From Eledone cirrhosa (lineage: Eukaryota), in assembly GCA_964016885.1 (NCBI GenBank), contig OZ024742.1, positions 38,750,001-38,814,000 on the forward strand: DNA of 64,000 nucleotides, read 5' to 3'. Numbering within the stretch: position 1 is the stretch's first letter; every line of letters starts with the position of its first letter. Positions 1 through 13,533 of this stretch are shown one piece after another. Both the position numbers and the translations under genes were made by a program. The notes beneath the pieces are model-generated. The model ran no database searches. It was given only the letters and a program-made list of their open reading frames with translations, and was not told where the DNA came from.

Positions 1-59
1 AACAATTATATTAGTATAAATAAATGTTTATTGTAAAAAATGCAAGTATCTTTTGTGGT

Positions 60-140
60 TATGAAAACAGAAAAAGAAGGGAAAGGCAAAGGCTCTAGGG
101 TCACAGAAAGAGGGTGAGGGTGACGGGAACTAGGCATATG
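60..140 (-). mobile_element. 3' UTR remnant of CRE-type non-LTR element
   Basis: GGCTCTAGGGTCACAGAA is shared with the CRE 3' UTR at ~32563-32581 and resembles ~22810. Confidence 0.4.
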
Positions 141-469
141 GTGTGGTGGTATTAGGGCTGCGGTCATATACCTCCTCGTCGCTCTCATCCCTTCCTCCTC
201 AACACCATCACTACCGTGGTACATTCAGACATAAAACAGTCTACATACATGAATTGAGTGGAATTCAGTGATGTATTCCCTTCTAGACGTTGTATTTTAA
301 ATTCATGTGGTCTCTACCCCACCTCCCCCACACTGTCTCTGTTTCTACACACCGACTAAGTGTTTTACTTTAGTCCTTGGTGTATAACTTTGTTTGTCAT
401 ACAACAACAGCTTAATGCAGTAAATAGTATTTCAAAAACAACAACAAAAAATTACATTCGGCATAACTT

Positions 470-800
470 TCAACATCATCATCATCATCATCATCATCAT
501 CGTCATCGTCATCGTTATCGTCATCAAAATCATCATTATCATCATCATCAACATCAACATCATCATCATCATCATCATCATCATCATATAACTGGTGCAA
601 CTGTAGACATTTTGGCAGCCAACAGTCGCCACTGGTCTCTGTCCTCTATCATACACCTGTCGTCGGACCAGGATTTTTTATTAATGCCTCTTCGCCCTCC
701 TTCAAACGTACTCGAGAGAATGGTTTTGTACGGGGAGTCATGGCGGGATATATTTCCATACGAGGCGAGCTTTCGTCTTTTTATTGTTGCAAGTATAGTA
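470..800 (-). mobile_element. RTE-clade LINE 3' remnant with (TGA)n tail
   Basis: Minus-strand translation TILATIKRRKLASYGNISRHDS..KTIL..TFEGGRRG..KSWSD..EDRDQWR matches the RTE ORF C-terminus; followed by the (CAT)n tract at 470-588 on +. Confidence 0.75.
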
Positions 801-1253
801 TTTTGGAAAAAAAAAATACAAAAAAAAAACAAAAAAACTAAACAACCCAAAACAAAACAAACAAAAACAAAAAAGAAAATATTTCTGAATAACTTACATA
901 GTTTTACATAAATATACCCCCAAGTAATATTTCCCTAAAATTGCCCTTCATTTCAAAAGAATTTTCTCAAACATTCCTTTTGGAGAATTTTGAGAATGTT
1001 GCATTCTTAGCAAACCAATGAAGGTTTTTATTTTTCTCATAAAAATATTTCTGCTTTTATATAGAACATATTATAGTGTCTTCGCCTTTGTCTCTGTATA
1101 TCTGGACATTTATTGGTAAAGACATATTTTTGTTTCCTCTTGCTACTTCGGTGGCTATTGTTGAATAATAGTAAGTTTGTAGCGAGCGATGTTAACTTAG
1201 ATTTAGACATTTGTCTGTTTGTTTGTGAGTGTATTCATCTCTCTTTCTCGCGC

Positions 1254-1629
<376 letters not shown>

Positions 1630-1637
1630 ATAATATA

Positions 1638-1691
<54 letters not shown>

Positions 1692-1734
1692 AATAATAAT
1701 AATAAAAAAGACGATTTGTTATGCCTTCATTGGT

Positions 1735-1995
<261 letters not shown>

Positions 1996-2002
1996 CCCCC
2001 AC

Positions 2003-2065
<63 letters not shown>

Positions 2066-2689
2066 CTAATATCATGTAAGTAATATTTCATTGTTTCAGT
2101 TGTTTTATGAGTTGTATATGTTATATATGTTTTATATGTTTTTTATGCAAGATATAAAAATTATTGTACCTTAAACAATATCTATGTAAGTGCTTTCTGA
2201 TTGGGATTTTTTAGTGCCTATTTTGCATCGATGGTTTATTGGACAACAAGTCGATATGTTTTTATATATCGATATTTACATTGTATATTCACACTTCTGT
2301 TTTTGTTTTCAATATAAACAGTTGAGTTGCTTCACGATTTGAGAGGAGCTATTTTTAGCATTCTCCCCGTCTTCCCCTGTCCAAGACTGTAGAAGTTCAA
2401 GCCAGGTCGCTCAACATTCAACAGGTGAGTTTATGTTCATACTCAAACTTAATTACGGGCAGTTAATGTTTAGTATAATTAATTAATCAAAATTTGTCCA
2501 CCAACGAAAGTCTGAATTTTGACATTAATAATCATCTATTTAATTGTGGTGATTATTGTGTATCTTCAGGATAAGAAACAACGTTGTCTGGGTGGTTATT
2601 AGAACTATATATTGTTAATATAATGTAAGAAATATTTCATTGTTCTAAGTGAAAATATATTTTACAAGTGTATGACACGGTTTAATTAC

Positions 2690-2840
2690 AGGTGGATTGG
2701 CAGTATCAGTAGAAGGCCTGACGCCATGCTTTGCAGCAAAGAGTTACGGCCCTTTATGATCTGAGTTCAAATCTCGCCGAGGTTAACTTTGCCTTTTATC
2801 CTTACGGGGTTGATAAAATAAAGTACCAGTAATGCACTGG
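2690..2840 (+). mobile_element. tRNA-derived SINE, abundant family 1
   Basis: GGTGGATTGGCAGTATC..GAGTTCAAAT..GTTAACTTTGCC..GATAAAATAAAGTACCAG; more than 12 copies in the window. Confidence 0.85.
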
Positions 2841-2887
2841 TTAATGTCAAGGATACAGGTGTCTGTGGCATGCTCAGTTAATTATAC

Positions 2888-3275
2888 CAGACCTGCCAAC
2901 CTCTAAAAAACCCAACGGGGATTACCATGAAAAAAAAGTACCCCAAAACGGGGAGAAATAAGGCAAAACAAGGAGATTTTACATAAGGGTTTCTTATATA
3001 GGCACAAGGCCAGCAATTTTAGGGGAGAGGACAGTCGATTAAATCGACCCCAGTGCGTGACTGGTACTTTATTTTATCGACCTCGTAAGGATGAAAGGCA
3101 AAGTTAACCTTGGCTGGATTTGAACTTAGGTCACAAAGGGCCGTAACTCTATGCAGCAAAGAATGGCGTCCATGCCCTCTACCGATACTGCCAATTCACA
3201 ATAATGAAAGCTATACCCATTTTCACAAGAAATGACATCTCTCAACCACCCCAAAGTGGGTGGGAGACCTTCCCA
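2888..3275 (+). mobile_element. hAT-like MITE interrupted by a SINE
   Basis: Starts CAGACCTGCCAAC; 2888-2987 plus ~3201-3275 match the reverse complement of the intact copy at 25508-25700. Confidence 0.65.
2988..3200 (-). mobile_element. SINE family 1 nested in the MITE
   Basis: Reverse complement of the family 1 consensus. Confidence 0.85.
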
Positions 3276-3667
3276 CCAAACGGGAACACTCTTCGTCGAA
3301 ATCTACGAAGGCCCATTCATTCATACTTCCTCCAGCTATCTTTGTCTTTATCCAATGTGACAAATATGGTTGACATTATTCGGAAAAAGACGGACTGAAA
3401 TAAGCCTCGTAAGGAAGAAACACTTTTTCCGTTCAGGAAATTAAGTCCGACAGGAAAACTAGATAAGAATTATTCCCAGCAGGTTGTTGGTGCAAAACGA
3501 AAGAAGGAAGGAAGGAAAGAACAAAAAAAGACAAATATCAGCAACACCAACAACAACACCAAACCACCACAGTCTGCCACAAATTATAAGCTGTCTGAAA
3601 CAATACTGCCCCCATCATAACAGCCTGTACACGTAGACACTGATACACACACACACACACAGATACA

Positions 3668-3751
<84 letters not shown>

Positions 3752-4194
3752 TACACACACACACACACAGATACACACACACACACATACACACATACAC
3801 AGACACACGCACAAAGACGATACACACACAGATACACACACACACATATACACAGATGCATACATACTAACACGTAAACAGATTTCCACAGATTTCCAGA
3901 GCCAGACACATTAGCTATGTGCTCATCTCACCATAAACTAATATAAATCATATTTTCTGGTAGTCTTGTTTTCACTGTTGCCCACCCAAACCGTCACTCG
4001 TCTTCTCCAATTCAAGTAATTTGCATGAATTCAAAAGCGAATGAGACTTTTGAGGATAAATAAAAATCTATGGCAACTGCCTGGTCCAATATCCCACGCA
4101 GATGCTGCAACTACAAGTTTACCACTTCTAAACACCTGGACTGAAAAGGAATATACCTCGGTTTTGTTGATAAGTGTTCCAAGAACAGTCCGTC

Positions 4195-4350
4195 TAACGG
4201 GCTTCTAAACAGTTTCCGCCTACCAAGATTGTCTCTCAAGGCATGGGCCAACCCGAAGTTATAATAAATGACACTTGCTCAAGATGCCATACTTTGGGAT
4301 TGAACCCAGAACCTGATGATTGCGAAACGAACTCATTAATCATGCTGCAC
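4195..4350 (-). mobile_element. Degenerate tRNA-derived SINE
   Basis: ACACTTGCTCAAGATGCC..GGGATTGAACCC (B box on the minus strand). Confidence 0.55.
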
Positions 4351-5022
4351 CCACAGACGGGGGGAGAGAGGGTAGGAGAAAGTGTTAAGGAGAGAGAAAT
4401 GTATTTATTTATCCGTATTTTTTGTTTATTTATTTCATATCAATTATTTTATTTATAAGAGAAATGCGATTATGAAAAAAAAAAAAAAAAAATGGGGAAA
4501 AAATGAAGATATAATTAAATTTTATTTGTGGCCATTTAGACATCTAAAAGTAATTAAACATCAAACATTAATTTCCTGGCTCTTGAGCTTTTTACAGTAC
4601 TCTTCGTTCGAGACCAGTGACTAAGTTTGGTAACCCGACCCTGGCCGGATGTCCTGTGGATTCGAAGCAATGGCAACAGCCAACTCTATAGAGTAAAGAC
4701 AGTGATTAAGATGGAGACACGGGAAACAGTCATTCAATGGTGGATGTTGTCGTCGTCTTCACAGGAAAAACGAGATTTTTCATTGAAATATTTCGATGCA
4801 GTCATTAAAACGGGTTTAGATTGGAGAAATAAGTTATATCCGTTTGTAATATGTTTGAATAGACTGTCTGTTTAACTTGCTGAAGTATAATTTATGTTAT
4901 CTTTTATACAGTGTGTCTTGAGTTATGATTTTATTTTAGAACGGATACAGATTATGTGGATCTAATGCTCGTTCTCTCTTTCCCTTTATTTGTCTTTCCT
5001 TAATGTGTGGTTTATGTTTATG

Positions 5023-5096
<74 letters not shown>

Positions 5097-5731
5097 TATG
5101 CATATGTATATGTGTGTATTGCTTGAGGAATAATGACCCACTTAAATATATTATTAAGTCTACATCCGACACATATTAACTAGAATAATGTTACATGTGA
5201 CTGAATACATATAAAAGGAAGGAATAAAAAGAAAAAGAGTTGACTGTAGAGGCAAACGTTTAAACTCGTTTCAATATCGTTGTCAACAGAAAATTAAATT
5301 TCCTTACATAGACAAGAAGTCTGAAATATAAGTTATAACATTCATGCCTTTCCGTGTGGCATTTACATGGGTATTTTTGGTGTTTTTGGTATTTAAACCC
5401 GGCGGAGCCCATTCCTCTCCAGATTAGGATAAAGACGAATTCTTATTGAAAAAAAGGGAGGATGAATCGACCCCAGTACTCAATTGATATCGTATTTACC
5501 GACCTTATATATATATATATATATAGAGGTAGAACACTGGAAGGTAATATCCGTAATCGTAGAGCACTCAGTCCATGGGACGAGTTCTAATCAACTCGAA
5601 CTTCCGGACTTTCGCAGTTATCTCCCTTACACCTTTCGCCCGCGGTGTTGTATCGCTCGGGTGAAGTGACCGTTTCTGCGCATGGTGCGTTCACACAGTT
5701 GTTCTTCCTGTTCCGTATAACCATGACCAGT

Positions 5732-5772
5732 CCGAGCTAATGATCCGCATAAGGTGAAACAATTGTTCTCGG
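5732..5772 (+). ncRNA. Type I HHR motif with G5>A core lesion, in a TA-flanked insert (~5525-5799)
   Basis: CCGAG-CTAATGA-TCC GCATAA GGT-GAAA-C AATT G-TT-CTCGG; perfect 5-bp stem I and palindromic stem III. Confidence 0.6.
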
Positions 5773-5865
5773 TATGGTGAACTAACTGTTGTTACTACTT
5801 ATATATATATATGACCCACTTAAATAACTGTTGTTACTTACTACTTATAGATATTATAGTTACTA

Positions 5866-5915
<50 letters not shown>

Positions 5916-6211
5916 TGGTTTCACACGATTAAATCGATTAATTCGTGTAAAACCACAGCCGGTCTAAAAGCTGAAGATGTATATAAATGTTTGTATGATC
6001 TTCTCTCGTACATTTTTTTTCCTTTTCTCCTTTCTTCCTTTCACTTCTGAAGGCCAACACATTTCTAGTTGGTGATTTCTGTCCTTTGAGGTAAATTTTA
6101 CCTGTCGCTGTCATTGACTGCATTTTGCTGTTTTAACAGCTTTCTTGTGTTGAGTTTAATTATTCTACGAATTCTAATACACTCGCGCTTCAAACTCGAT
6201 ATTCGAGATAA

Positions 6212-6326
<115 letters not shown>

Positions 6327-6327
6327 C

Positions 6328-6420
6328 ACATGGTGGCTACCAACTCGTTTTCGAGTACGGCCACTACTTTATATCCATGTAGGAGAACCCCTACCGATGC
6401 GCTGAACGAGTGTGACTTTT
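6328..6420 (+). repeat. Interspersed ~90-bp repeat next to microsatellites
   Basis: Reverse complement of 19192-19281, few mismatches. Confidence 0.8.
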
Positions 6421-6976
6421 TAGTCCAGCCAGCGACTTGAAAACTCTGGTACAAACACTACACTTATGACAATTATTGACACACAGTGCTGGGTCCATGG
6501 TACCATGTGACGACAAGTGCAGAGAGATCTCCAGATATAAAGCAATGCCTGTGCCGTGAAGCTTTTATAGTGAGCAAAGGCACTGCGCAAAGCCAGTCCC
6601 ACTCTCTTTACCAAGATGATATTTACCAAAAAGAAGAACAAGTCAACATCATTGGATACCATCAGGGTTGCAGGTGTTATATTAGAGTTTTCCTTCTAGA
6701 ATTCTGCCTTGACAAAGGCTAGGGGGTCATCTCTCCCGGTGATTTTGGATGGCCATTGACTCTTATGAGCTCCTTTGCCCTTTGACAGGTTTTGTTTTTA
6801 GTCCTGCAGGATGTCCAAAGTCACCCTCCTCACCAAGAAACCTTGGTGGGGTTGCCAGTTTAGTCGCCAACGACCCGACCATGAGACAGGTTGTACTTGG
6901 ATACATGTTACCAATAGCACCAACTGGTGACCTGACACACGATATATACACATACATACACATACATATATACACA

Positions 6977-7010
<34 letters not shown>

Positions 7011-7207
7011 GGAAAAGAGTCAGAACCCCGACGGCAGAGCTCAAGCCGTTTCGACAGCTATTTCTGGACTCAGAAATAGCTGTCGAAACGGCTTGAGCTC
7101 TGCCGTCGGGCTTCTGACTCTTTTCCTATTACCCACTCTATTACCTAAAGTATCGAGTACTCTGGTACGTTATGGTCCATTCGGTTCCTTACCACACTTC
7201 CTTCATT
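7011..7207 (+). mobile_element. Fold-back PLE-type terminal fragment (family B) with 3' half of an HHR
   Basis: Hairpin 7011-7129, apex ~7067-7070; GAAA-CGGC TTGAGCTCT GCCG-TC; tail 7130-7207; family copies at 7681, 7922, 8416, 15882, 23233. Confidence 0.75.
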
Positions 7208-7743
7208 ATATATATATATATATATATACATGTATCATATTCTTTAGCTAAGTGATGAGTCCTGTTACTCTTGAGTTTCACCTGTGTACTCCCAGTACTA
7301 TCAGACATGTGTTGGTTGATTATTCTCTGACTACACAGGTGAAACTCTAAATTAAGAAGACTCCTCACATAACACACACACACATAAATCTCGTATGAGG
7401 AGAAAGAGCATTGGTTAATAGTCCATGGAAAGCCCTTTCGAATCAACTAGGTGACCGAATCATTTTGATTGGTGTGTTTCAGGCTGAGTTTGAAATGTTG
7501 AGGAACTAATAGATTAGAAAATATTTATTGGAAGGATGGTGGCTTTCAGAATATGAATTAGATTGTCATTAAGGCCACTGATGCTAGAAATAGCAAAGAA
7601 CATGCTAGAAATAGAAACCCGATTTTCCTCAAAGCAGACTCTGCATTCTTTTTAAGAAGAAAGACAGACAGACACACACGTGTCGAAACGGCTGGAGCTC
7701 AGCCGTCGGGGTCCTGAATCTTTTCATATATATGTATATATAT

Positions 7744-7915
7744 ATATTGTTATATTTGGGGAGGGTCATATTGTTGTAATATTATTACCAGAAATAATAA
7801 CAGTATGTTCTGTTATTATTTCTGGCAATAATATTAACAACAATATGACCCTCCTCAAGTATAACAATATTTGTTTTGACACACGATTTCATATCAAGAA
7901 CCTCGCGAAACAAAT
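7744..7915 (+). mobile_element. Fold-back PLE terminus (family C)
   Basis: Hairpin 7744-7870 plus tail; ATGACCCTCC..AAGTATAACAATAT..ACACACGATTTCA matches the 3' ends of the GIY-YIG elements at ~42990 and ~62190. Confidence 0.75.
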
Positions 7916-8159
7916 ATATATATAGGAAAATGTATGACCCCGACGGTAGAGCTCACGCCGTTTCGACGGCTATTTCTGGTATATGTGTGTATGTGTGCAT
8001 GCGTGTGTGCGTGTGTGTGTGTGTGTGAAGCTTATGATTAGCTGGGACAGAACACAGGGCCGAATCGGGGTCAACAAAACTGCTCAATAGTTTTATCAGA
8101 GCAGGTTAGGATAGGATGTAGGCACTGATGGTAGTTGCATGTTGGTTCGGAATTGAGAG

Positions 8160-8186
<27 letters not shown>

Positions 8187-8191
<5 letters not shown>

Positions 8192-8244
8192 CTGATGAAA
8201 GCGTACCAATGTTGTCTTGGTTGCCCTTGAAATATATATAATAA
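8187..8244 (+). ncRNA. Minimal type I HHR (family D)
   Basis: TTAT-CTGATGA(8192)-stem II-GAAA-T ATAT A-TA-ATAA; downstream sequence matches 56290-56330. Confidence 0.6.
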
Positions 8245-8382
8245 AATAAATATTGTTTTATAAATATAGTTTCCATTTATTTAATATCATTGAATATTTA
8301 CTCCAGTTATCTGTTGAGTGCCCTAAATCAGTTATAAACATTTGTGTTTGTCGGACTTCCAACAAATTAGATACAACTTCTA

Positions 8383-8415
<33 letters not shown>

Positions 8416-8417
<2 letters not shown>

Positions 8418-8630
8418 CGAAGGAAATGTGGTAAGGAACCAGGTGGACCATAACGCACCAAAGTACTCAATACTTAGGGTAGTAGAGTGGGTAATAGGAA
8501 CGAGTAGGACCCCGACGGCTGAGCTCAAGCCGTTTCGACGGCTAGTTCTGGACTCAACTAGCCGTTGAACTAGCCGTCCAGAACTAGCCGTCGAAACGGC
8601 TTGAGCTCAGCCGTCGGGGTCCTACTCGTT

Positions 8631-8635
<5 letters not shown>
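8416..8635 (-). mobile_element. Fold-back PLE-type terminal fragment (family B)
   Basis: Arms ~8494-8554 and ~8576-8635; tail 8416-8493; spacer contains repeated AACTAGCC. Confidence 0.75.
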
Positions 8636-8664
<29 letters not shown>

Positions 8665-9074
8665 TGAATGTGTGTATAGTATATTTGGCAATATACCGTA
8701 TGTTTAATTAAAAACATTTCGAAGACCATACGCTATCAGTTTTAAAGTAGTGACTATGTCACTTACCTCTTTTCGACGAAAGAAGGGAGAGAAGCTGAGA
8801 GTTTGTTTCACGCTGGTTGGCGTTCATTAGAGTCACGCGCCCCCGGCTTCCGCCGAAAATTATAGAAGCTGGATTCTTATAGAATTCCAGTAATAATCAG
8901 GAGCTGATTATACAGAGCGATCGTCGGTCCAGCAAAATTAGGTATTAGGTTTGATGCTCTGAAATAGCGATGTATACATGAATGTATGTATATTTGGCAA
9001 TATACCGCATGTTATATGCATATACATACAGCTCTCTGTCTCTCTCTCTCTTTATATATATGTATATACAACAT

Positions 9075-9865
9075 TAACACATACACACATGCATTTAAAC
9101 ACGCACACACGCAAACGTACACACACACACGCGCGCATACAGAAACACACACAGACACACTCGCGCGCACACACACACACATACACACATACACACATAG
9201 ACAGACAGACACACACACGCACACGCATACACGCCCGCAGACACACACACGCGCACAAAGATACACACACGCGCGCACGCACACAATCACACACATAGAC
9301 ACACGCGCACATGAACGCACACACATACACACATGCACATGAACACACACATGCATACACATACTCGCACACACGCACACGCACATACGCACACGCACAC
9401 CCATAAACACACGCGCGCGCACACACACACACACAGACGCACATACACACATACATACGCGCACACACACACGCCCACACACGCCCCCCCACACACATAG
9501 ACGAACCCACATACAGACGCATACACATGCGCGCTCTCACACACCCACTCGCACACACACCCACATACACACACACTCACTCGCGCGCGCACACACACGC
9601 ACGCACATAGGCACATACACACACATACACACACACGCACACACGCACATGAACACACACACACACACAGCCATAGACACACACACACACATAGACGGAC
9701 ACACGCACACAGACGCATATACATGCGCGCACTCACATACACACCCGCACACACACCCACGACGCACCCACCCACATATACACACGCACTCACTCACACG
9801 CGTGCCCATACACACACACGCACGCACACACGCATACACACACACACATAGACACACAGACACAC
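9075..9865. repeat. Degenerate (CA)n/(CG)n microsatellite field
   Basis: Direct inspection. Confidence 0.9.
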
Positions 9866-10039
9866 TGTTGTGTCATATTACGAGGCTACCACACGTCAGG
9901 CTAAGAACGGCAACTAGCGCCATCTGTTATCGCGGAATTCTCACAGATATCACTTTACACTGGCTGACTTTTGTACCTTTGATCACCTCCTTTCCTTCTC
10001 CAGGTGCTCCCCCCACACAAACCTAAGTACCCTAATCCC

Positions 10040-10535
10040 CACTTCTCTCTCTCTACTTCTCTCTCTCTGTTCCTTTTTTTCTCTCCCTACCCTATCTATC
10101 TTTCTGTCTATTTCTATCTCTCTCTCTATTTTTCTCTCTCCGTTTCTTTCTCGCACCTCTATCCCTCTCTCTGTCTATTTTTCTCTCTCTCTCACCTCTA
10201 CCTCTCTCTGTCTATTTTCTCTCTCTCACCTATATCTCTCTCTCTATTTTTCTCTCTCTCACCTCTATCTCTCTCTCTATTTTTCTCTCTCTCACCTCTA
10301 TCTCTCTCTGTTTCTTTCTCTCACCTCTATCCCTCTCTCTGTCTATTTTTCTCTCTCTCTCACCTCTACCTCTCTCTGTCTATTTTCTCTCTCTCACCTA
10401 TATCTCTCTCTCTATTTTTTTCTCTCTCACCTCTCTCTCTCTGGTCTTCTCTCTCTCACCTCTATCTCTCCCTCTATTCTTCTCTCTCTCACCTCTAACT
10501 CTCTCTCTCTCTATATTTTTCTCTCTCTCTCCCTA
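10040..10535. repeat. CT-rich minisatellite (~30-bp units, TCTCTCACCTCTA core)
   Basis: Recurrent CTCACCTCTA..CTATTTT units. Confidence 0.85.
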
Positions 10536-10623
10536 CATCTCACCCCCCCCCCCTCATTCCTCTACCTTCTTGTAGCTAATATACGAAAGGTGCTGGATGA
10601 ACGAGTGATTTCATAATAGTATA

Positions 10624-10987
10624 TAGTGTACCCCCGGCATTCGCGGTCACAGTTATCCGCGGAATTTTCCATAGGATCTAACTAATAATTGTTTGTGGAA
10701 ACCGTCGCTTATTCGCGGAATCGTAAATAACTTCCTTGATTTTTTAATGGCTTTTTTCGTGGCAATATATATATTTCTAATGCTAAATTATTAATAACAA
10801 TATACCGTATTTGCTGGCCTATTGAACGCCCCTTCGCATAAGGCGCTCCCTCTTTTTTTAAATAATATTTTACGTTATATTTTGGCGTTTATAGGCATTT
10901 TTATGGACCACGTCCATTATTCACGATTTTGAATTTTCGCGGGTGCTCTAGGAATGTAACCCCCGCGAATTCCGGGGGACAACTGTG
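10624..10987. mobile_element. Tigger/pogo-like MITE
   Basis: Imperfect TIRs AGTGTACCCCCGGCATTCGCGG / CCGCGAATTCCGGGGGACAACT. Confidence 0.6.
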
Positions 10988-11149
10988 TATTATATGAGTC
11001 TCCAAGTCACGAAAGGGACTTAACTCTATGTTGCTTATATCCATTAATTTTCGTTGATGTTTCAGGTGAAAATATAATCACAAATCCTTGTTTTCTGATA
11101 GCCATATCATAAAAATGTGCAAGTTACACCCTCCTAGATAAACTGGGAT

Positions 11150-11335
11150 AAGTGGATTGGTAGTATCGGTAGAGGGTCGGACGCCATGCTTTGATGCATA
11201 GTTACAGCCCTTTCCATTCTGAGTTCAAATTCTGCCAAGGTTAACTTTGCCTTTCATCCTTACGGGGTCGATAAAATAAAGTACCAGTAATGCACTGGGT
11301 AATTGCTGGCCTTGTACCAAAAGTAGAAACAATTA
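11150..11335 (+). mobile_element. SINE family 1
   Basis: Full head-to-tail match ending AAGTAGAAACAATTA. Confidence 0.85.
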
Positions 11336-11499
11336 TCAGTGAATTAACCCGAGGTTTTTGAACAACTGGCTCCGATTTGTAACCCAGCAGCAACAAGTCT
11401 TTTTATTCAAAGCCATCCGGACTGAATGACTCTGTTCTTCGTTACTCCCGCAAAGCCCAATCATCTGAGAGTGAAGACCTTGATGAGTGAGTGTCCTGC

Positions 11500-11685
11500 A
11501 ATATAATATATATAAAGTTGTAGTTCCTGTCTGTTTGTTTGTTTGTTTGTTCACGAACTCCTCCTATGGTTTTGGAGACAGACCCCATAACCATATTTAT
11601 TCTGAAACTACATTGACCAGGGTACTTGGATAAGTATATTTCATTTTAATCAAAGGGTTCCCCGGAGGGGTGGGGTGGGGTGTGT

Positions 11686-11716
<31 letters not shown>

Positions 11717-12179
11717 GGGGGGGCAACCCCGCTGAAAATCTTTTCCCTTCGATTTATATGAAATTTAAACCATAGGTAAATGATAAGATATGATGCCTAT
11801 TCACAACATTTCAGCAAATTTCAATAATATTAAGACACCCTAATGGGGTTAAACCCCCTATAGTGAAAATTTTGGAAGCCGATAACTTGAGTATTGGAAC
11901 CTCTATTATCACTGGGTTTTTCTATTAATTAAACGTAAATCAACAAAAAAAGCACCCCTCTTTTATAGTAAAATTTGGCTAATTTAGATATTTTATCTAT
12001 GGCAAAACATCACTAGAATTATGACAACAATTATTAGTTAATGCCTCTACTTTTTAACATTTTCCCTTTATTTTTTCTCCATAAATTATATCACTGGATT
12101 AAAATCAATCATCATTTTCTTACAAAACAAAAAAAAAAAAATCCGTGAAACGCAGCAAGGCGCGGGTAATTCGGCTAGT
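11500..12179 (+). mobile_element. Non-autonomous Helitron-like element
   Basis: 5' TATATATAAAG followed by (GTTT)n; 3' GC-rich imperfect hairpin followed by CTAG|T. Confidence 0.55.
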
Positions 12180-12827
12180 ATAATATAATATATGCAGATT
12201 GGACCATAACTGATTAGCATTAAATGAGTTCAAATCCCGCCGAGGTTGACTTTGCCTTTCATCCTTACGGGGTCGATAAAATAAAGTACCAGTAATGCAC
12301 TGGGTAATTGCTGGCCTTGTGCCTAAAGTAGAAACAATTAAATGTGAATAAAAAAGAAACTATAATGATATTAAATTTTATTCCACAAATATTCCACACA
12401 CTCAAACACCCCCATCCACATAAATACCCATACCAAATATGCAATGATTATCTCCCTTCCTAAACCTATCTAATACCTAAGCTATTCACTGACCAGTATT
12501 TCTCCAAAATGTCTGACTCAATACGCACGTATGATTTTTTCTCAATTTTTTCCGTTCCTTCCTCTTTCTACTTTCTATTTCATATTATATTTCTCAGACT
12601 ATCTTTCGACGAAGAACTAGTGTCCAAAACGTTAAAACTCTTTTCCTATTATTTCATGCGTTAAACTAATATATTTTTCATTGTACTGTGTAATTTTTTT
12701 TTTTTTTAAATTTCTGTTTACCTTTTACACACACACATTACAATATAAATTTGATATAAATATCAAGGGTTTAGAACTCTCAGTCTGTAAGACGAGTTAT
12801 GTATAATCAGTTACAACAGTGACATAT

Positions 12828-12876
12828 ACAGGTACTTAAGTTTCGTTGGGTTGATACCCTAACTCATTCAGCCTGC
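12828..12876 (-). ncRNA. Type I HHR with 8-nt core CUGAAUGA
   Basis: Minus strand: GCAGG-CTGAATGA-GTTAGGGT ATCA ACCCAAC-GAAA-C TTAA G-TA-CCTGT. Confidence 0.65.
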
Positions 12877-12979
12877 CATATTGTGATGGAGACCTTCCGG
12901 GGAGATTCTTGATAGTATAGGGCAGGCAACCCTGAAATTACCCTTTAATTAGATAAATATATATATTATATATACATGT

Positions 12980-13130
12980 AGTGGATTGGCAGTATAGGTA
13001 GAGGGTCGGACGCCATGCTTTGCAGCATAGAGTTACGGCCCTTTACAGGCTGAGTTAAAATCCTGCCGAAGTTAACATTACCGTTCATCCTTATGGGGTC
13101 GATAAAATAAAGCACCAGTAATGCACTGGG
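12980..13130 (+). mobile_element. SINE family 1
   Basis: Consensus match. Confidence 0.8.
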
Positions 13131-13533
13131 CTTTCATATTTTTAGCACAGGAATAACCGAGTTTCACCGCGGGTCTATTGAAGGTCTGTATTTATGTCAT
13201 GTGGAAATTGTTTGTCTATGAGTGCCAAGAATGTCCTACCTACATTGGTGGGCAGAGCCAAATTATTATTTTTTATCTACTTCCTTTTCAACATAATAAT
13301 TAAGCAGTAATTAGCTGCGTATAGGCGGCGAATTGGCAGAGTCTGTACAACATCCGATAGAATGCTTTGAGTTATTCACTCCCGCTCTTTTCGATCTGAG
13401 TTCAAATCCCGCCGAAGTCAACTTTTTGCCTTTCATCCTTTCATGATTGATAAAATGAAACTGATGGGTCAGTTTAGTAATAGTAATTAACAAATTAGTA
13501 TAATAATATCTACATTGACTGATAAAATGTCAA

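Noticed and set aside
360-911. Poly-His ORF
   Set aside because: Antisense of an RTE remnant and its (TGA)n tail
2330-2600. Splice donor at ~2425 and acceptor at ~2569
   Set aside because: No coherent ORF or homology; cannot distinguish from chance
4313-4335. CTGATGA-TTGC-GAAA hammerhead-like string
   Set aside because: No stem II or stem I; lies in the antisense tRNA head of a SINE
9912-9931. CTCF-like motif (ACAGATGGCGCTAG on the minus strand)
   Set aside because: Partial match to a short motif, unsupported alone
12601-12640. Degenerate HHR resembling 41791 (TCGACGA..GTCC AAAACGTT)
   Set aside because: Both core strands are mutated; a plausible relic but not counted
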